From assembly GCA_013239625.1 (NCBI GenBank), contig MU056000.1, forward strand, positions 13,157,175 through 13,221,174: a stretch of DNA of 64,000 bases, given 5' to 3'. The position numbers and the translations under genes were made by a program. The stretch's first letter is position 1; each line of letters opens with the position of its first letter. Below, in pieces: positions 24,741-37,060 of the stretch. This stretch comes from Lama guanicoe (Eukaryota). The notes under the pieces are model-generated. The model saw only the letters and a program-made list of their open reading frames with translations. It was not told where the DNA came from and did no database searches.

Positions 24741-27700
24741 AAACAAAATTAGAGAAGCACCGTAGGATAGAAGAAAGAGCAGAGACATGAGCCATCGCAG
24801 TTTGGTGTGCATCTTAGCTAAGTCTTTGGCCAAATAATTAAGTGGATTACTTCAAGCCCAACATGTAACAAAATAGGTAGCTTTAAAAAAAGTCACAGTT
24901 CACAATCTGGTGCATATTTGTGGAGTCGTTAAAAACTAAAACCCTGTATCTGACGACAGCCGTGCTGTGAGCAGTGTCATCTCAAGCACAGACCTCATCC
25001 TTGTAATTCTTAGTGTCAGATGCCAAAAATCAGACTCAGGATTGGGTCTGTCAATGTCTATCTTAAATGCGTGAATAAAAAAACATAACATGACTGGATC
25101 TTATTAAACGCAGTGATCGTTTTTTTGCTCATCAAGACCTCAGCAACCATGGCTGAAAAAATAAATCACTGTAGACTGAATATTAAACCTCATGTGAGCT
25201 GGGAGAATATCGATTTGTATGGTTTAGAGCAGGAGACCTTGGATAAGCTTTTGTCTCTAAAAACAGGAGTTATTACAGTAACAGCTTTTATATGGATGCT
25301 GATACACCTATTTCAAAATCAAGACATTGGGTGGGTTTATGTGATCTGCCCCCAAATTTGTGAAAATTTCCTGGATGACTAAATAAGGATTGGAGAAAAA
25401 ATGGAAAACAAAGACAGCTCTAAGTCCCTCTTAACTGTAGGTTTTAATAACATGAAGCTTTGAAACTTACACTAAAGAGTTATATTAATTACCGCTCTCT
25501 CATGTATAGATAATAACTACCACCATAATAAAGCCATGACTTCTAGAAATTCACACATATATACACACACTTGAAAATTGGCAAGTGCTTGTATCAATAC
25601 ATATAATTTCAAACGTTTTATGGCAGAATTTTACTACCATAATTATCGTATTATTTTATAAACATCAAGTAATAGCCATAAGTCAAATTACCACATTAGC
25701 TGTATTGGAACGATACAGTTTCTCCATTTGAGGTAAATAGCAAAATATAGTTCTATATTAAGTATTTCAAAATACAAAACATGTTCAAAATAAAAAGACA
25801 GACCAAGACATACCAATCAATTGCATTCCAAAAATATTCTGTGCATGTGAGTACGTGTGGGGTTCGTAATAGTAATAATGGTGGTTGTAGATGTTACTAT
25901 AATAGACGAGGTGGTGGGAGTGGTAGCCACAATAGGGTTGCCCCGTTAACAGAGGTTAAGTAGGAGACAGAGTCTGCCGACAGAAGCTAAAGTTACAACT
26001 ACATGCGATCCAATTGACCTGCCCCAGATTGGAAACTGATATATTACCTCCTAGTCCAATACAGTGTGGCCAACAGCACATCTCAGAAGAGCTAATGCCA
26101 TGGTCTGAACTCAGAAACATGTCCAAACTGAAGAGGAGTCAAATCTCACTATTCAACCCACCTTCAGGCTTCTTAAATATTTCACTGCCTTGTCTGGACC
26201 TTGGTGTGGAGTGAGAGACACTAGGAAGCAGAGAGGGCACCTGATAAGCAGAAATAACTGACCTTGTAAGTTTTCAACTCTAGGCTGACTTCAAGGTTAT
26301 CCAACAATTCGAATTTAGCACCCAAATGGAGAAGAAAGAACTGATTGATTGTCCATGTCCTCAGGGGGCATACATACCTTTGCGTCTGTATATGTGTGTG
26401 AATATACTTAAAATGGCAGAATAAGACGTTTAACTTTTGATCTTGGAACAATAGAAGTAATTCATCATAACTGTGCTTACAAAGTAAATCACAGTCAAAT
26501 AACAGTAGTGATCAATGAAAACCAGATAGATGAACAATGAAACAAACCAAAAGTAAACCTACTGTGCTACATATTTGTTACGAGCTTTTAAAAACTTCTG
26601 GGACCCAGAAGTACATCAAACTTTCATTGTAAAATAGATAATTTAGCTGTTAGCAACAACAAAGCTTTCCCCAAACCTAAAATGTTCAAATCTGTGTTCA
26701 GAGGACAAAAAGATAGTTTCATTGTTAAATAAGACATTAAAAAGAAATGGTCTATGAAATTAAAACATGAAATCAGATACAATGATAGTAAATAATTTTA
26801 CAAATAATGCTGGGATTAATAAAGATGAAAGTTGAAATGTATTCATTAGAAAACAAACTCCAAAAAAAAAAAACACACTGGAATTTATTAAAAAAACACT
26901 AAAATCTGGTTCTTTGAAAATAAGAATGATGAATAAAGATGAATGACAATAGTTAATATGTTCTAAGACAATCAAGAAATATATTGAAGCCGTAGAGTAA
27001 TTTGAACAATAATTACTCTGAGGGAAAATAGTTTTAAATTTATTAATGCACTGTGGATGTTGGAAATAAGATTGTTCAAAAGCCTTTGTATTATTTTAGG
27101 CACTGAGTTATACACAGAAGAATAATAATCTTCTAGAATCTTTCAGTCTACTAATTTCTTACAGATTAATTTTTTAAAATATACATAATGTTTTTAAAGT
27201 TGTTAAAAATATTCTATTATGAATTGAAAAATAGGAAACTTAAAAAGATTTATGATTATAAAATTTAATCTGTGCTATGAAAAAATGTGCATTTATTACA
27301 AGTGATGATTATGTTTTTGAGGAAAATGAGAAACACAGAATAAATTTCAAACACTTTCTGGTCATTAATATAATCTAAACTTAAATTGTTAGATATTATA
27401 CATTTGTTCTTTACCACCTGAACTACACCTAGGTAGCGATATACAATTTTATGATCATTTGCATTGCATGGTTATAAATATTATTTATTTGTATGGATGG
27501 ACTTAAAATTATTTTTATTATATATTGTCTTAATCTATATATTGTTAATTGATACCAATATCGATTTTCAAAAATATATCATAGAGTCAAGTGCTTTCTA
27601 GAAATGTAGTGCTTTTGATTACATTAAAAAGTTTCTCAGCACAGCTAATTCACCCTTGAATGATATGATATGGCTTTTTTGTACTTCTAATCAAATTTTC

Positions 27701-28217
27701 CCTTTCTTGCTCTGTTTAGTATTTTCTAAACTTTCAATATTCTAACACGTGTTGTGTTATTTCCTATATGGAGCCATTTACACACTTTCATTTGGTCTGA
27801 AATCATCTCTGTATCTCTTTGTAGGGTACAATCCAATCCTTCTTTGCAAGAGGAACCCCAAGCCCACAGCCCTACCTGGCCTGCCAGATAGATTTTGCTA
27901 ACTTCTCCTTTGGTCTTAAATAGTTTTAATTAGCTACTAACTTAGACCACTTAGGATACATAATATGCACACTTATGTATCAAATTTGTCTTGAAAAACC
28001 CAATTATCTGGTAAATAGGGTCCTAATACCTGTATTACAACAATACCTGAGGCTGAGAAGGGTTCCATGATGCTTTAGAACTTAATTCCCATCACTCTGC
28101 TTTAAGCATCAGTGGGTCCTACACCCATTTTAATGCACGGGCTGGCTTCTCTGAGTTTGTGACAAGACAGATTTAGACTTTTAACAGCACTCCCCCAAGG
28201 AAGGTTTTCTTGATCCT

Positions 28218-28806
28218 CGTGTTGGCTGGGGACTCCAGGAGAGTTTTCTGATCGGATTCTATGCCACAAATTGTGTGATGAGTCACAAAGAAAACCAGAA
28301 TATTTCATCTGTTTTAGGACATTGGAAAGAATATCTGAAAGCATATTTGAAGCCTTCATGTTGATTTATCATTTATGTTTAAGGGCACGTGTCTAAGAGA
28401 AACATTCCACGTTCTCTTTGCGTGGGGAGGTCCAGGCAGGGTGCAGACAGAGGCAGGACCTAGGACGCATGTCCTTATTAGGGTCTGCGGGCAGTGTGTT
28501 TTTGAGGTCCCAAGCTAAACTGAACTGGTCAATTCAAACTAAAAGAGAGGGGTTTTGGTAAGCCCCTTGGGGGCCATATCTAAGACATACATCCGGGGAA
28601 GGCACCGGGAGACAGTGGAGACTGTAGATCACAAGCGTCGTTGGGGAAGTTACATCAAGAACTTAGAGTTGCTTGTGACTCTCCAGGCTGCTTTCCAGGG
28701 CACGCACTTGTATGAGGAGCCTGTGTGAGTTTAAGGTCACTGTAGGCCACTTGGACAAAAAAGATAGGTGCTAAGGATAAGAATAGCTTAGTTCTGTCTC
28801 TCGATA
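28218..28806 (-). mobile_element. Ancient ERVL-class solo LTR (MER76-like, family tentative)
   Basis: ggtcaattcaaactaaaagagaggggttttggtaagccc, gcttgtgactct and gtttaaggtcactgtaggccacttgg resemble a recalled eutherian ERVL LTR consensus. Boundaries approximate. Confidence 0.6.
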
Positions 28807-28871
28807 AAAATTCATTTTTTCTCAGGTGACTAAGAACCGAGATAATTTTTATTCCTTTCTTCCTGGTAACA

Positions 28872-29298
28872 AGAACACTGCACACAGTTATATGCCAACA
28901 AATTGGACAACGTAGGAGACAGATTTCTAGAAACATACAACCTGCCAAGACTAAATCAAGAAGAAATAGATAATCTGAACAAACTGATCACTAGGAGTGA
29001 AGTTGAATTTTCAATAAAAAATACTTCCAGCAAGCTCAAGTCCAGGGTTAGAAGGCTTCACACGGGAATTCTACCAAACATATAAAAAAAGAACTTACAC
29101 CTATCCTTCTCAGACTAGTCCAAAAAATTGAAAAGAACAGAACACTTCCAAATTCATTTTAAGAGGCCATTATCCTGATTCCAAAACCAGGCAAAGACAT
29201 TACAAAAAAAGAAAATTACAGGCCAATATTTTGATGAATATAAGGGCACAATCCACAACAAAATATTAGCAAGCCATATCCAGCAATTGACAAAAAAG
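28872..29298 (+). mobile_element. L1 ORF2 internal fragment (pseudogenic)
   Basis: ORF 28903-29085 reads DRFLETYNLPRLNQEEIDNLNKLITRSEVE, matching L1 ORF2p. It continues through EFYQT, LPNSF, LIPKPGKD and ENYRPI with frameshifts. Confidence 0.93.
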
Positions 29299-31279
29299 TT
29301 CAACTTAGGTGAATACAAGAAGGCTTCCGTAAGGACTTAGACACAAAAGAAAACTTCTGGGTCAAGATGCTCTCAGCTACAACGCTGAAATCATCCTTAG
29401 TTCACAATCATAACATTTGTAAAGGGTGACTGGGAGGAATTAACAACAAAGTGCATATAGAAAAGCTTTGGAAAATAGGAAGCATTGAACTAAGTGTAGA
29501 GGCTATGGCCACACTCTTGTTATTTGGTTGAGAAACTACACATCTATCCCAGTGTTCACAAGTGTGGAGTAGGGCCATACGTCCTCACTGAGTTTTTCAA
29601 TTCCACTGAAGACCTCTGGCTCCAATATATATATTGATGTGAACTCCCAAATTATCCAGTTCATTAGTGTTAGATTTAGAAGAATTAAGAAATGTAAAAA
29701 AGGAACTAAACTTGTATTAATGCAGAAAGCATTTATTGTTGGCCATGATACTAAACTTTAGGAGATGGAAAATTCTGAAAAATGCAAAATAAAAATTAAA
29801 AAAAAAGAGGGAAAGAGAATATATTTGTTGGCTGGTGGTGATACTCATGGAGTATAATGAATACTAAATTCTACATGAAAAGACACGCCCCTGTGGGAAA
29901 CAGAAGGGGGAGCCGTGTGTAAAAAGCTGTAGACTCAGAATGCGTGCTTCTAGGATGAAGTAAGAGGCAGGGTAAGCCGATCACATTTTTAAGGATGGGA
30001 AGAAAATTGTCCTGTCTCTAAGAAATACCCTGTCTATTTAGAACTCTATATAAGATTTATGTAATCTTTTGCTCCTACTTGAGTAATGAAGTAAATGTTG
30101 AGTAAATAAATAAAATCATAATGAAATTTAAATTCACTATCAATTCTTAAAAATAAATTAAAACATATTTTAAAGTTTTGTAATGACAACAAACAATTCC
30201 TTCCTTTACAAATGATAAGTTAGCAAGTGATTGTTGCTTTAATAAAAGAAAATGGCTAAGAATTTTAATATACAATAATTAACCCAGATCATAAAGGAGC
30301 AATACCATACACACCAATGTTTAATATCAACAAGCAATAAATGACCTTGGCTAGCAATCTTAACAGAAATGAGATGTGAATAAAAACTAATTATTTTATG
30401 AAATTTTGTTTTAGCTCTAGTTTTTTGTAGTTATTTATTCTTCAGAACAAATATACAGTTATACTTCCAAAGAATAGATATAAAGAGATACGTGGCTTTT
30501 TTTTTTTCACATTTTATGTGGCTTGAAGTGAACTGAAAAGGCTTTATATCCGGCATTTTCAACTGTATAGCTTTTCCTGAGCTCAACAGGAACAGCATTA
30601 TTAATGATTTCTTGTTAAACAAATCTCACTCTCCTTGCTGTGACATTATATTCATTCTTTAATTAATACATGTAGCAACAGAGAGGGACAATTATTCCTC
30701 TATTAATTTCAATTAGCTTCATGCTCAGAGAGACATCTGAAATCCTGCGTTAGTATGTTCTTTTTTCCTAGGGTATGTAATACAATTAATTACTCTTTTG
30801 GAAACACAAGTCATATTGAGACTACACAAGAGTACTTTCACTGTTTCCTTTCTTATAAATGTAAATATTAAACTATGTTTAAATGTACAAGTAAATTATT
30901 CAGTGTATCACTCAAATGAATTAAAATATCTCCTGCCCTCAAGAGAGTGTGTGAAAGTTAATTACTATAAGATTGATACAGTGTATTTTAAATTAGAATT
31001 GTGCTTATTTATTCATATATATGTGATACAATTCATATTTACATGATACACTTAATTCCTGTGACTATGTGCTGATAACATGGCAAATGAAAACTATGCA
31101 TGTATGTAGTCTAAACAGGTTTGACCGAAATGGGTATTTGAATCAAATGCTTGTGGCTTGTGAAAACCATGCTTCCACACATTCCTCTTGGCTCTTAGAA
31201 GATTTGTAGAATAATCAAATTTCCGACATCAACCCAAAGTAATGGTACGCAATATGGTTTTCAAAATTTATGGTTTCAA

Positions 31280-31860
31280 GTGACGTTTGACAAATGGTAC
31301 CTGTCGCAGTCTCTCCTGGTTACTATGGAAATACCAAGGAGGGTAGGGGTGTTTTGTTTCACGGCAAAAACTCACCACCTGAGAACTAAGAGCAACAGTT
31401 TATACCGTACAATTTCAGAGAAAATTCTCCCGCCAGTAAAATCTTATAAAAGTGAAAAAAATACACTGACGAAGCTTAAATGACACACAGTTCAAATGAG
31501 AGGGCAGGCAGTAGACGAAAACGGATAAAGCTGTTTTGAATTTTGGAAAGCATCGTCTCCACAAATAACAGGAGATGAGCCCGAGAAAGGAATAGGTGTA
31601 CCGTCAGTGCTGCTGGAATTTAGACTCCTTCATTGTTGCCACCTCCTCCGATTCTCTGAGGGCTGCGTCGTGCCAGAAAGAGGAGAGGTGAGGGAATTCA
31701 GTCTAGTAAAGCGTCATGAGTTGTGCAGCTGTGCGTCTGAGAAGAGAGGCAGTGACGCCCCTATGCTTATAGAGCTGCTCCGAGAACAAGCTGTGTCCCT
31801 CTGGGTCTCAAAAGCTCTGTCTCCATTTGAGAACATAACGATATTTAAATAAACACGAGA
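31280..31860 (-). promoter_or_regulatory. Candidate promoter and non-coding first exon (~31738-31376) of an unidentified minus-strand transcript
   Basis: About 20 CpG in 600 bp, five half-CRE sites and an X-box at 31319-31332. On the minus strand: TATAAG (31771-31766), Inr-like TCAGAC (A at 31738) and donor GTG|GTGAGT (31376/31375). Confidence 0.5.
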
Positions 31861-31949
31861 CTTGAAAACACAACACCAAACAAATGAAATGGACATCTAT
31901 TTAGAGATTCAGGAGACAGAGAATGTCTGGAAGTGGCAATAACTTAATA

Positions 31950-32270
31950 CCCAGTTCTAGGTCTTGTGTTATGTCTACAGAGAAAAGCAAAATACAACAA
32001 AAATAAACATAAATCTACACATCGTGCTCATTGGTGGTTGCCAGGGACAGGGAAGAGGATGCCAGTGTGGGAGGGAGGGATTACAATTGTAGGGACTTGG
32101 GACAACTTGGGGAGGACAGACATATAGACATAGACATGGGTAGAGATACAAATGTTCAATACTTTGATTGCATTGATTGATCTACAGGTGTTATACATGG
32201 GCCAAAATTCACTATGTGCACATTGTACACATGCAGCTTATTGTATGTCAGGTGTACCTCAATAAGGCTA
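31950..32270 (+). mobile_element. Old L1 3' end (L1MC/L1MD-like)
   Basis: attggtggttgccaggg...atgcagcttattgtatgtcaggtgtacctcaataaggct is the standard L1MC/MD terminus. Confidence 0.75.
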
Positions 32271-32377
32271 GAAGAGTAGGAAACAACTATCTTTGAGGAG
32301 CCCCCATAGCAAGCAGTATCCTCAGAAGAGAAGCAGATTTCTATTAGAGTTAGGATGTGAACGGGATGTCCAGAGAA

Positions 32378-33050
32378 GACTTACCATGTGATCCAGCAAT
32401 CCCACTCCTGGGCATATATCCAGAGGGGATGCAAATTCAAAAAGATACATGAACCCCAAGGTTCATAGCTGTACTATTTACAATAGCCAGGACATGGAAA
32501 TAACTTAAATGTCCATTGACAGAGGACTGGATAAAGGAGCTGTGGTATATTTATACAATGGAATACTACTCAGCCATAAAAAAGAATAAAATAATGCTGT
32601 TTGTGCAACATGGATGGATCTGAAGATTGTCCTTCTAAGTGAAGTAAGCCAGAAAGAGAAAGGAAACTATCATGTGATATAAATCATATGTGGAATCTAA
32701 GACAAAAGAAAAGGAAAAGAAAAAAGAAGGCACCAATGAACTCATCTACAAAACAGAAACAGACTTACAGATATGGTAAACAAACTTATGGTTACCAGGG
32801 GGAAAGGAGGTAGGAAGGGATAAATTGGGAGTTCAAGATTTGCAAATATTAACTACTATATATAAAACAGATCAAAAAAACAAATTTCTTTTATATAACA
32901 CAGGGAACTATATTCAATCACTTATATAACCTATAATGAAAAAGAATATGAAAATGAATATATGTATGTATATGTATGACTGAAACATTTTACTGTACTC
33001 CAGAAACTGACACATTGTAACTGACTACACTTCAGTTAAAAAAAAAAAAA
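32378..33050 (+). mobile_element. Camelid-type L1 3' end with ORF2 C-terminus and poly(A)
   Basis: gatccagcaatcccactcctgggcatatatcc, atggaatactactcagccataaaaaagaat, camelid-type 3' UTR, A-tail at 33038-33050. Confidence 0.93.
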
Positions 33051-34246
33051 GAGATTATAGGGGCCATTCTGAAGGGACATGCAGTGGAAACTGTTCAGGA
33101 AATAAAAACATCAAAAACAGAAGCCAATATATACAGGAAGGAACACACATTTAGATTATCCATTTTCCATATGCAATGAAAAGCTCTTATTCATTCATTT
33201 TGGGGCATGGTGATGATCATGATGGTTGATGTGGTTACAAAGAAAAAAATCATAGAGATGTAAAATTGCTCTAATGGAAAAGTTTATCTGAATTGGGAGT
33301 TAAAGTCAATCAATATAAATTAATCTCAATATAAATGAATAATCTTTATAGCAGGGTTTATCCATACACATTTCAGTAGGCATGTAAATTTCCCAGTGCA
33401 TCAGAAATTTAGTGTTTGAAGTTGATTAATGAGCAATTTAAATTTTAAAGTAAATTAAAACTCAGTAATTGAAAATTTTACATTTTTAACTTAGAAAGAC
33501 AAAGTAACATTCATCAGGAAGAAATCTGATGAGTTCAAGTCCAGAGGACCGTGGGGATTCATTTCATGTAATGGATTTTTTATGGACAGTTTTATTTTCT
33601 TTCAATGGCTTTATGGGAGATATTTCATTTTTCATTTCCCTTCATGTCATTTAGTCAGAAAGTCATTAAATGAATATGTAATGATTCCTGATTAATATTT
33701 TAAGGGTCTAAATATTTTAACAATTCTGACAGAGCTATAAAACAACTTCCAATTACACTAACATGTAAAGGCAGGGGAAAGGGTGATAGAGGAAGGAAAA
33801 AAATATTGAATAAATTGCAGGCCTATAAATTTAAATTACAATCACAAATTACTTAAATAATATCACATTATAACCTAAAAAATAACAATCACTGGTAGAA
33901 CATTACCGAGGAATCACTGTGTGATGAATGTTACCCTATGTTTCTATTAACATTGTAGAGATGTCCAGTGGTCTTATTGAGATAGTAACAAATCCTGGTG
34001 TGACTTACACTCACTCACTGTTCAAAAGACAGAAATAATTTTCTGTATATTCATCACTAAAGGAAATGCTTGTAAAATGTGTGATAAACAATAACCCCAA
34101 ATATCTATTTTGATTTAAAACACATCTTGATTAATTAGCATTCATTAATAATTATTAATTCTAAGTATTGTGAGATATCCATGAATATTTGAGCTGTTAG
34201 GTAAAGTATAACAAATGTTTAACAAAATGTTAATATCACCATGAAT

Positions 34247-34470
34247 TGGCGTAGCATAATGGTGAAGATCCCGGGCACTGGGCACTGAGCAAAGTGCCAA
34301 TGTTCAAATTCTACTTCTATGAATTCCAACCTTAAAACAGTTAAAAGTTGTGGTGCCTTGGGTTCTTACCTGTAATATGGTAATAAGAGTACTTACCTGA
34401 TAGAGATGTTGGGAGGATGAAATGATTAATCACACAAAAGAAAAACATAAATAAATTCTAAGCTCACAAA
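34247..34470 (+). mobile_element. MIR
   Basis: gtagcataatggtgaaga...gttcaaattct...cctgtaatatgg...tacttacctgatagagatgttgggaggatgaaatga. Confidence 0.75.
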
Positions 34471-35844
34471 AACGTTAACGACTCCTGCTGCAGTGGGGCT
34501 GTTCGGTCTGGGCTTTGGACCAGATGAGATGCACAAAGCAGCAGGGTGGTTGGGGCAATGATAAATGATCTTGGAGTTCTTCCAGTGCCTGAAATAAACT
34601 GCAGAGTGAGGCAAGATGGATTTAATATTCATCCTCTATGTGTAAATGCATTTGCACCCAGTGATGTGGTTACAAAGTCTGTCTACAATGGCTGGAGAGG
34701 AGCTCCTTACTTTATCATCACGTTCACGTAGGGGTTTTTACAAGAAACTGAAATAGTTAATACATACTAATCATGCAGGAACATAATGCTCTCAGTTTTT
34801 ATAGGAATATTAAAAAGATTATTCAGCAAATTTTATTAACTAAAATAAATATTAGCAGTAAGATATTTATTTCAGTGTTTATGTGTCAACTACATCATAA
34901 ATAAAGCAAGAATAAATGTTCATTTTAGTTTAGCATGATAATTTAAGCTCCATTATGTAAATGATTTTCTCAGAGGAACAAATGTACTAAAATGCAAATT
35001 AAGGAGAGTTAAAATAGCGGACACAAGTTTTTTTCACTCCTTATTAGTTTGATACATTTCTAGTTAATTACTGTATTGAAATAAATTTCAAATTATTATT
35101 AGTAATATATGCATAAATATGAAGACTATGTTCTCATAATGAATTTATTATTATACAATTAGTTCTTATATTTATTCTTGCCTTATTTCTTTATAAAGGT
35201 TAATAAAAAAGGTATAAAGACTGTTTTATAAAACAATTAGGCAGTTAGATAAGTGGGGGCATGGAGCAGATGGGTGGAGGAGAGGAAGGATGGTCGGGAA
35301 GATGGCGTTATGCCCACTGCCAGCATAAAGGGGCTTTACTTCTAAGTGAGTGCCAGCAAGAGATATCAGTTAAAACCTGATAGCTGCAACTGCTCGCTAG
35401 TGAGAAGCACTTAACTGGACATGACCCGATGCTCACTGTAATATGATTAACACTGTAGTTTAGACTCCCCCAACCATAGGTTTTTCTGTGTACACCATGC
35501 AAAGGTGCCAAACATGACTAAGCATTCTAGGCACCAGAGCAGTCAGCCAATCGAAAGACCACCTTTAAGACAGGGCAGCAGAGAAAGGGCAGACAAAGAC
35601 CATTCCTAACCTCCCTTGGATGAGCCCACCTCCCATTTTTAGAGATGTACTTTTCTTTTCCTAAACAAATCCTTTAAAATCCTTCACTACACAACACTCT
35701 CCATCTCCCATCTATAATCTTACCTTTTGGGTAAGACAAAGATTGGGGTCTTTTCCCTCTTCTTTTTGAGGTAACAAAACAATAAAAAAGCAAAAAAGGG
35801 AACAAAAGATTCTGTCTAAGTGTTAAGAACAAATAAAAACAGAT

Positions 35845-35999
35845 TTCAACCACATATGTCATTTTAAATTTTCTAATATCCACTGTAAAAAAATATATAA
35901 AATAAAATCAATCAAGTTAATTTTAGTAACATAGTATATTAAACATACTATACCCAAAAACTACCCCTTCAACATGTAATTTATGTTAGAATTATTAAT
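35845..35999. mobile_element. MER33 (hAT-Charlie MITE) fragment
   Basis: ccacatatgtcattttaaattttctaatatccac...ttcaacatgtaat matches the recalled MER33 consensus. Confidence 0.7.
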
Positions 36000-36563
36000 C
36001 TAAGGATCATGTAGAGAAACTGATGTGTCCCAAGTCATTGTGTAGTAAGTAGTGGAAACGTAACAAAAACAAATAGTATGAGTGCTGGTCTGTACATACT
36101 CAGACTTAGTAATCCACTTCCTGTTTTCCTTGATCACTCCCAGCATCCTCATTTTGTCTCCTTAATGTGGCTGTAAAGTGCCTTGCAACAGTTATCCTAA
36201 CACCACCATGATGCTTAAACCAGGTAGCTACCCCAAAGCAATTGTTCCCTGTACTTCCATAAGATACTATGTATTAAAAATGCATAATCAATGTATGGAT
36301 GATTTAAAGTTGATTATATTTTTATCTCATTTTAATGTAACTGTCATTACTAAGACACTGTGCTTTTGGTACTCTGACAAATATGCAAATATACAAAATA
36401 TACCCAAAAAACCCACAGTTTTACCCTTTCAGGAATTTGTAATTACTAATAAAGACTCAGTTGTTTAACAATAGGGAAACATGAAAAATTGAGCACTTAG
36501 ATAATATTTCTAAAAAAATACACAATTAGAGAGAGAACTAGCTTAATGCCAATCATGTTAAAG

Positions 36564-36742
36564 TAGGGGTTGTAATGAATATAAAAAAGTGCCCAGTTAA
36601 ATTTGAATTTCCGATAAACAACAAAAATTTCAGATAAACAACAAGTAAGTTCCACGTAATATGTGGCACATAGTCATTTAAAAACTGTGTTGATATAAAC
36701 CTCAAATTCAATAGAATATACTATTTTGACCTGGAAAACCTA
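36564..36742. mobile_element. MER53 (hAT MITE)
   Basis: taggggttg...tgcccagttaaatttgaatttccgataaacaac...ctggaaaaccta. Imperfect terminal inverted repeats and an internal ~20-bp tandem duplication. Confidence 0.8.
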
Positions 36743-36749
36743 TGTGCAA

Positions 36750-37060
36750 GACTCTTAGAGGTTTGTTTTGACTGCAGTTTCGGGTTATGACATGGCTGCT
36801 AAAAAGCCTGTGACATTAAGTCAGATGAGAATATTGTATTACAGAAGAAAAGCAATAGTTTTTATATATCGTGGGCTAATTTGTCAGTCATGCGAAGTAT
36901 TTCTCGGTTCATAGTATGTTAACAGAATTATCAATATATGGGTAATGATTCAAAAGTGATTTCATATGAATTATGTTGATGGAGTTGTGGAGAAGGTTTT
37001 GAAAAAGAATGGCAACCTTTTTTAACATTTCAAGGAATGTAATGTGGAAAATCACTTATT
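36750..37060 (+). mobile_element. L3/CR1 fragment (very decayed)
   Basis: tgacatggctgctaaaaagc and tcatatgaattatgttga resemble the L3 3' region. Confidence 0.5.

Noticed and set aside
25860..25940. Gly/Asn-rich ORF segment (NNGGCRCYYNRRGGGSGS)
   Set aside because: Decayed TAG/TGG/TAA trinucleotide low-complexity sequence.
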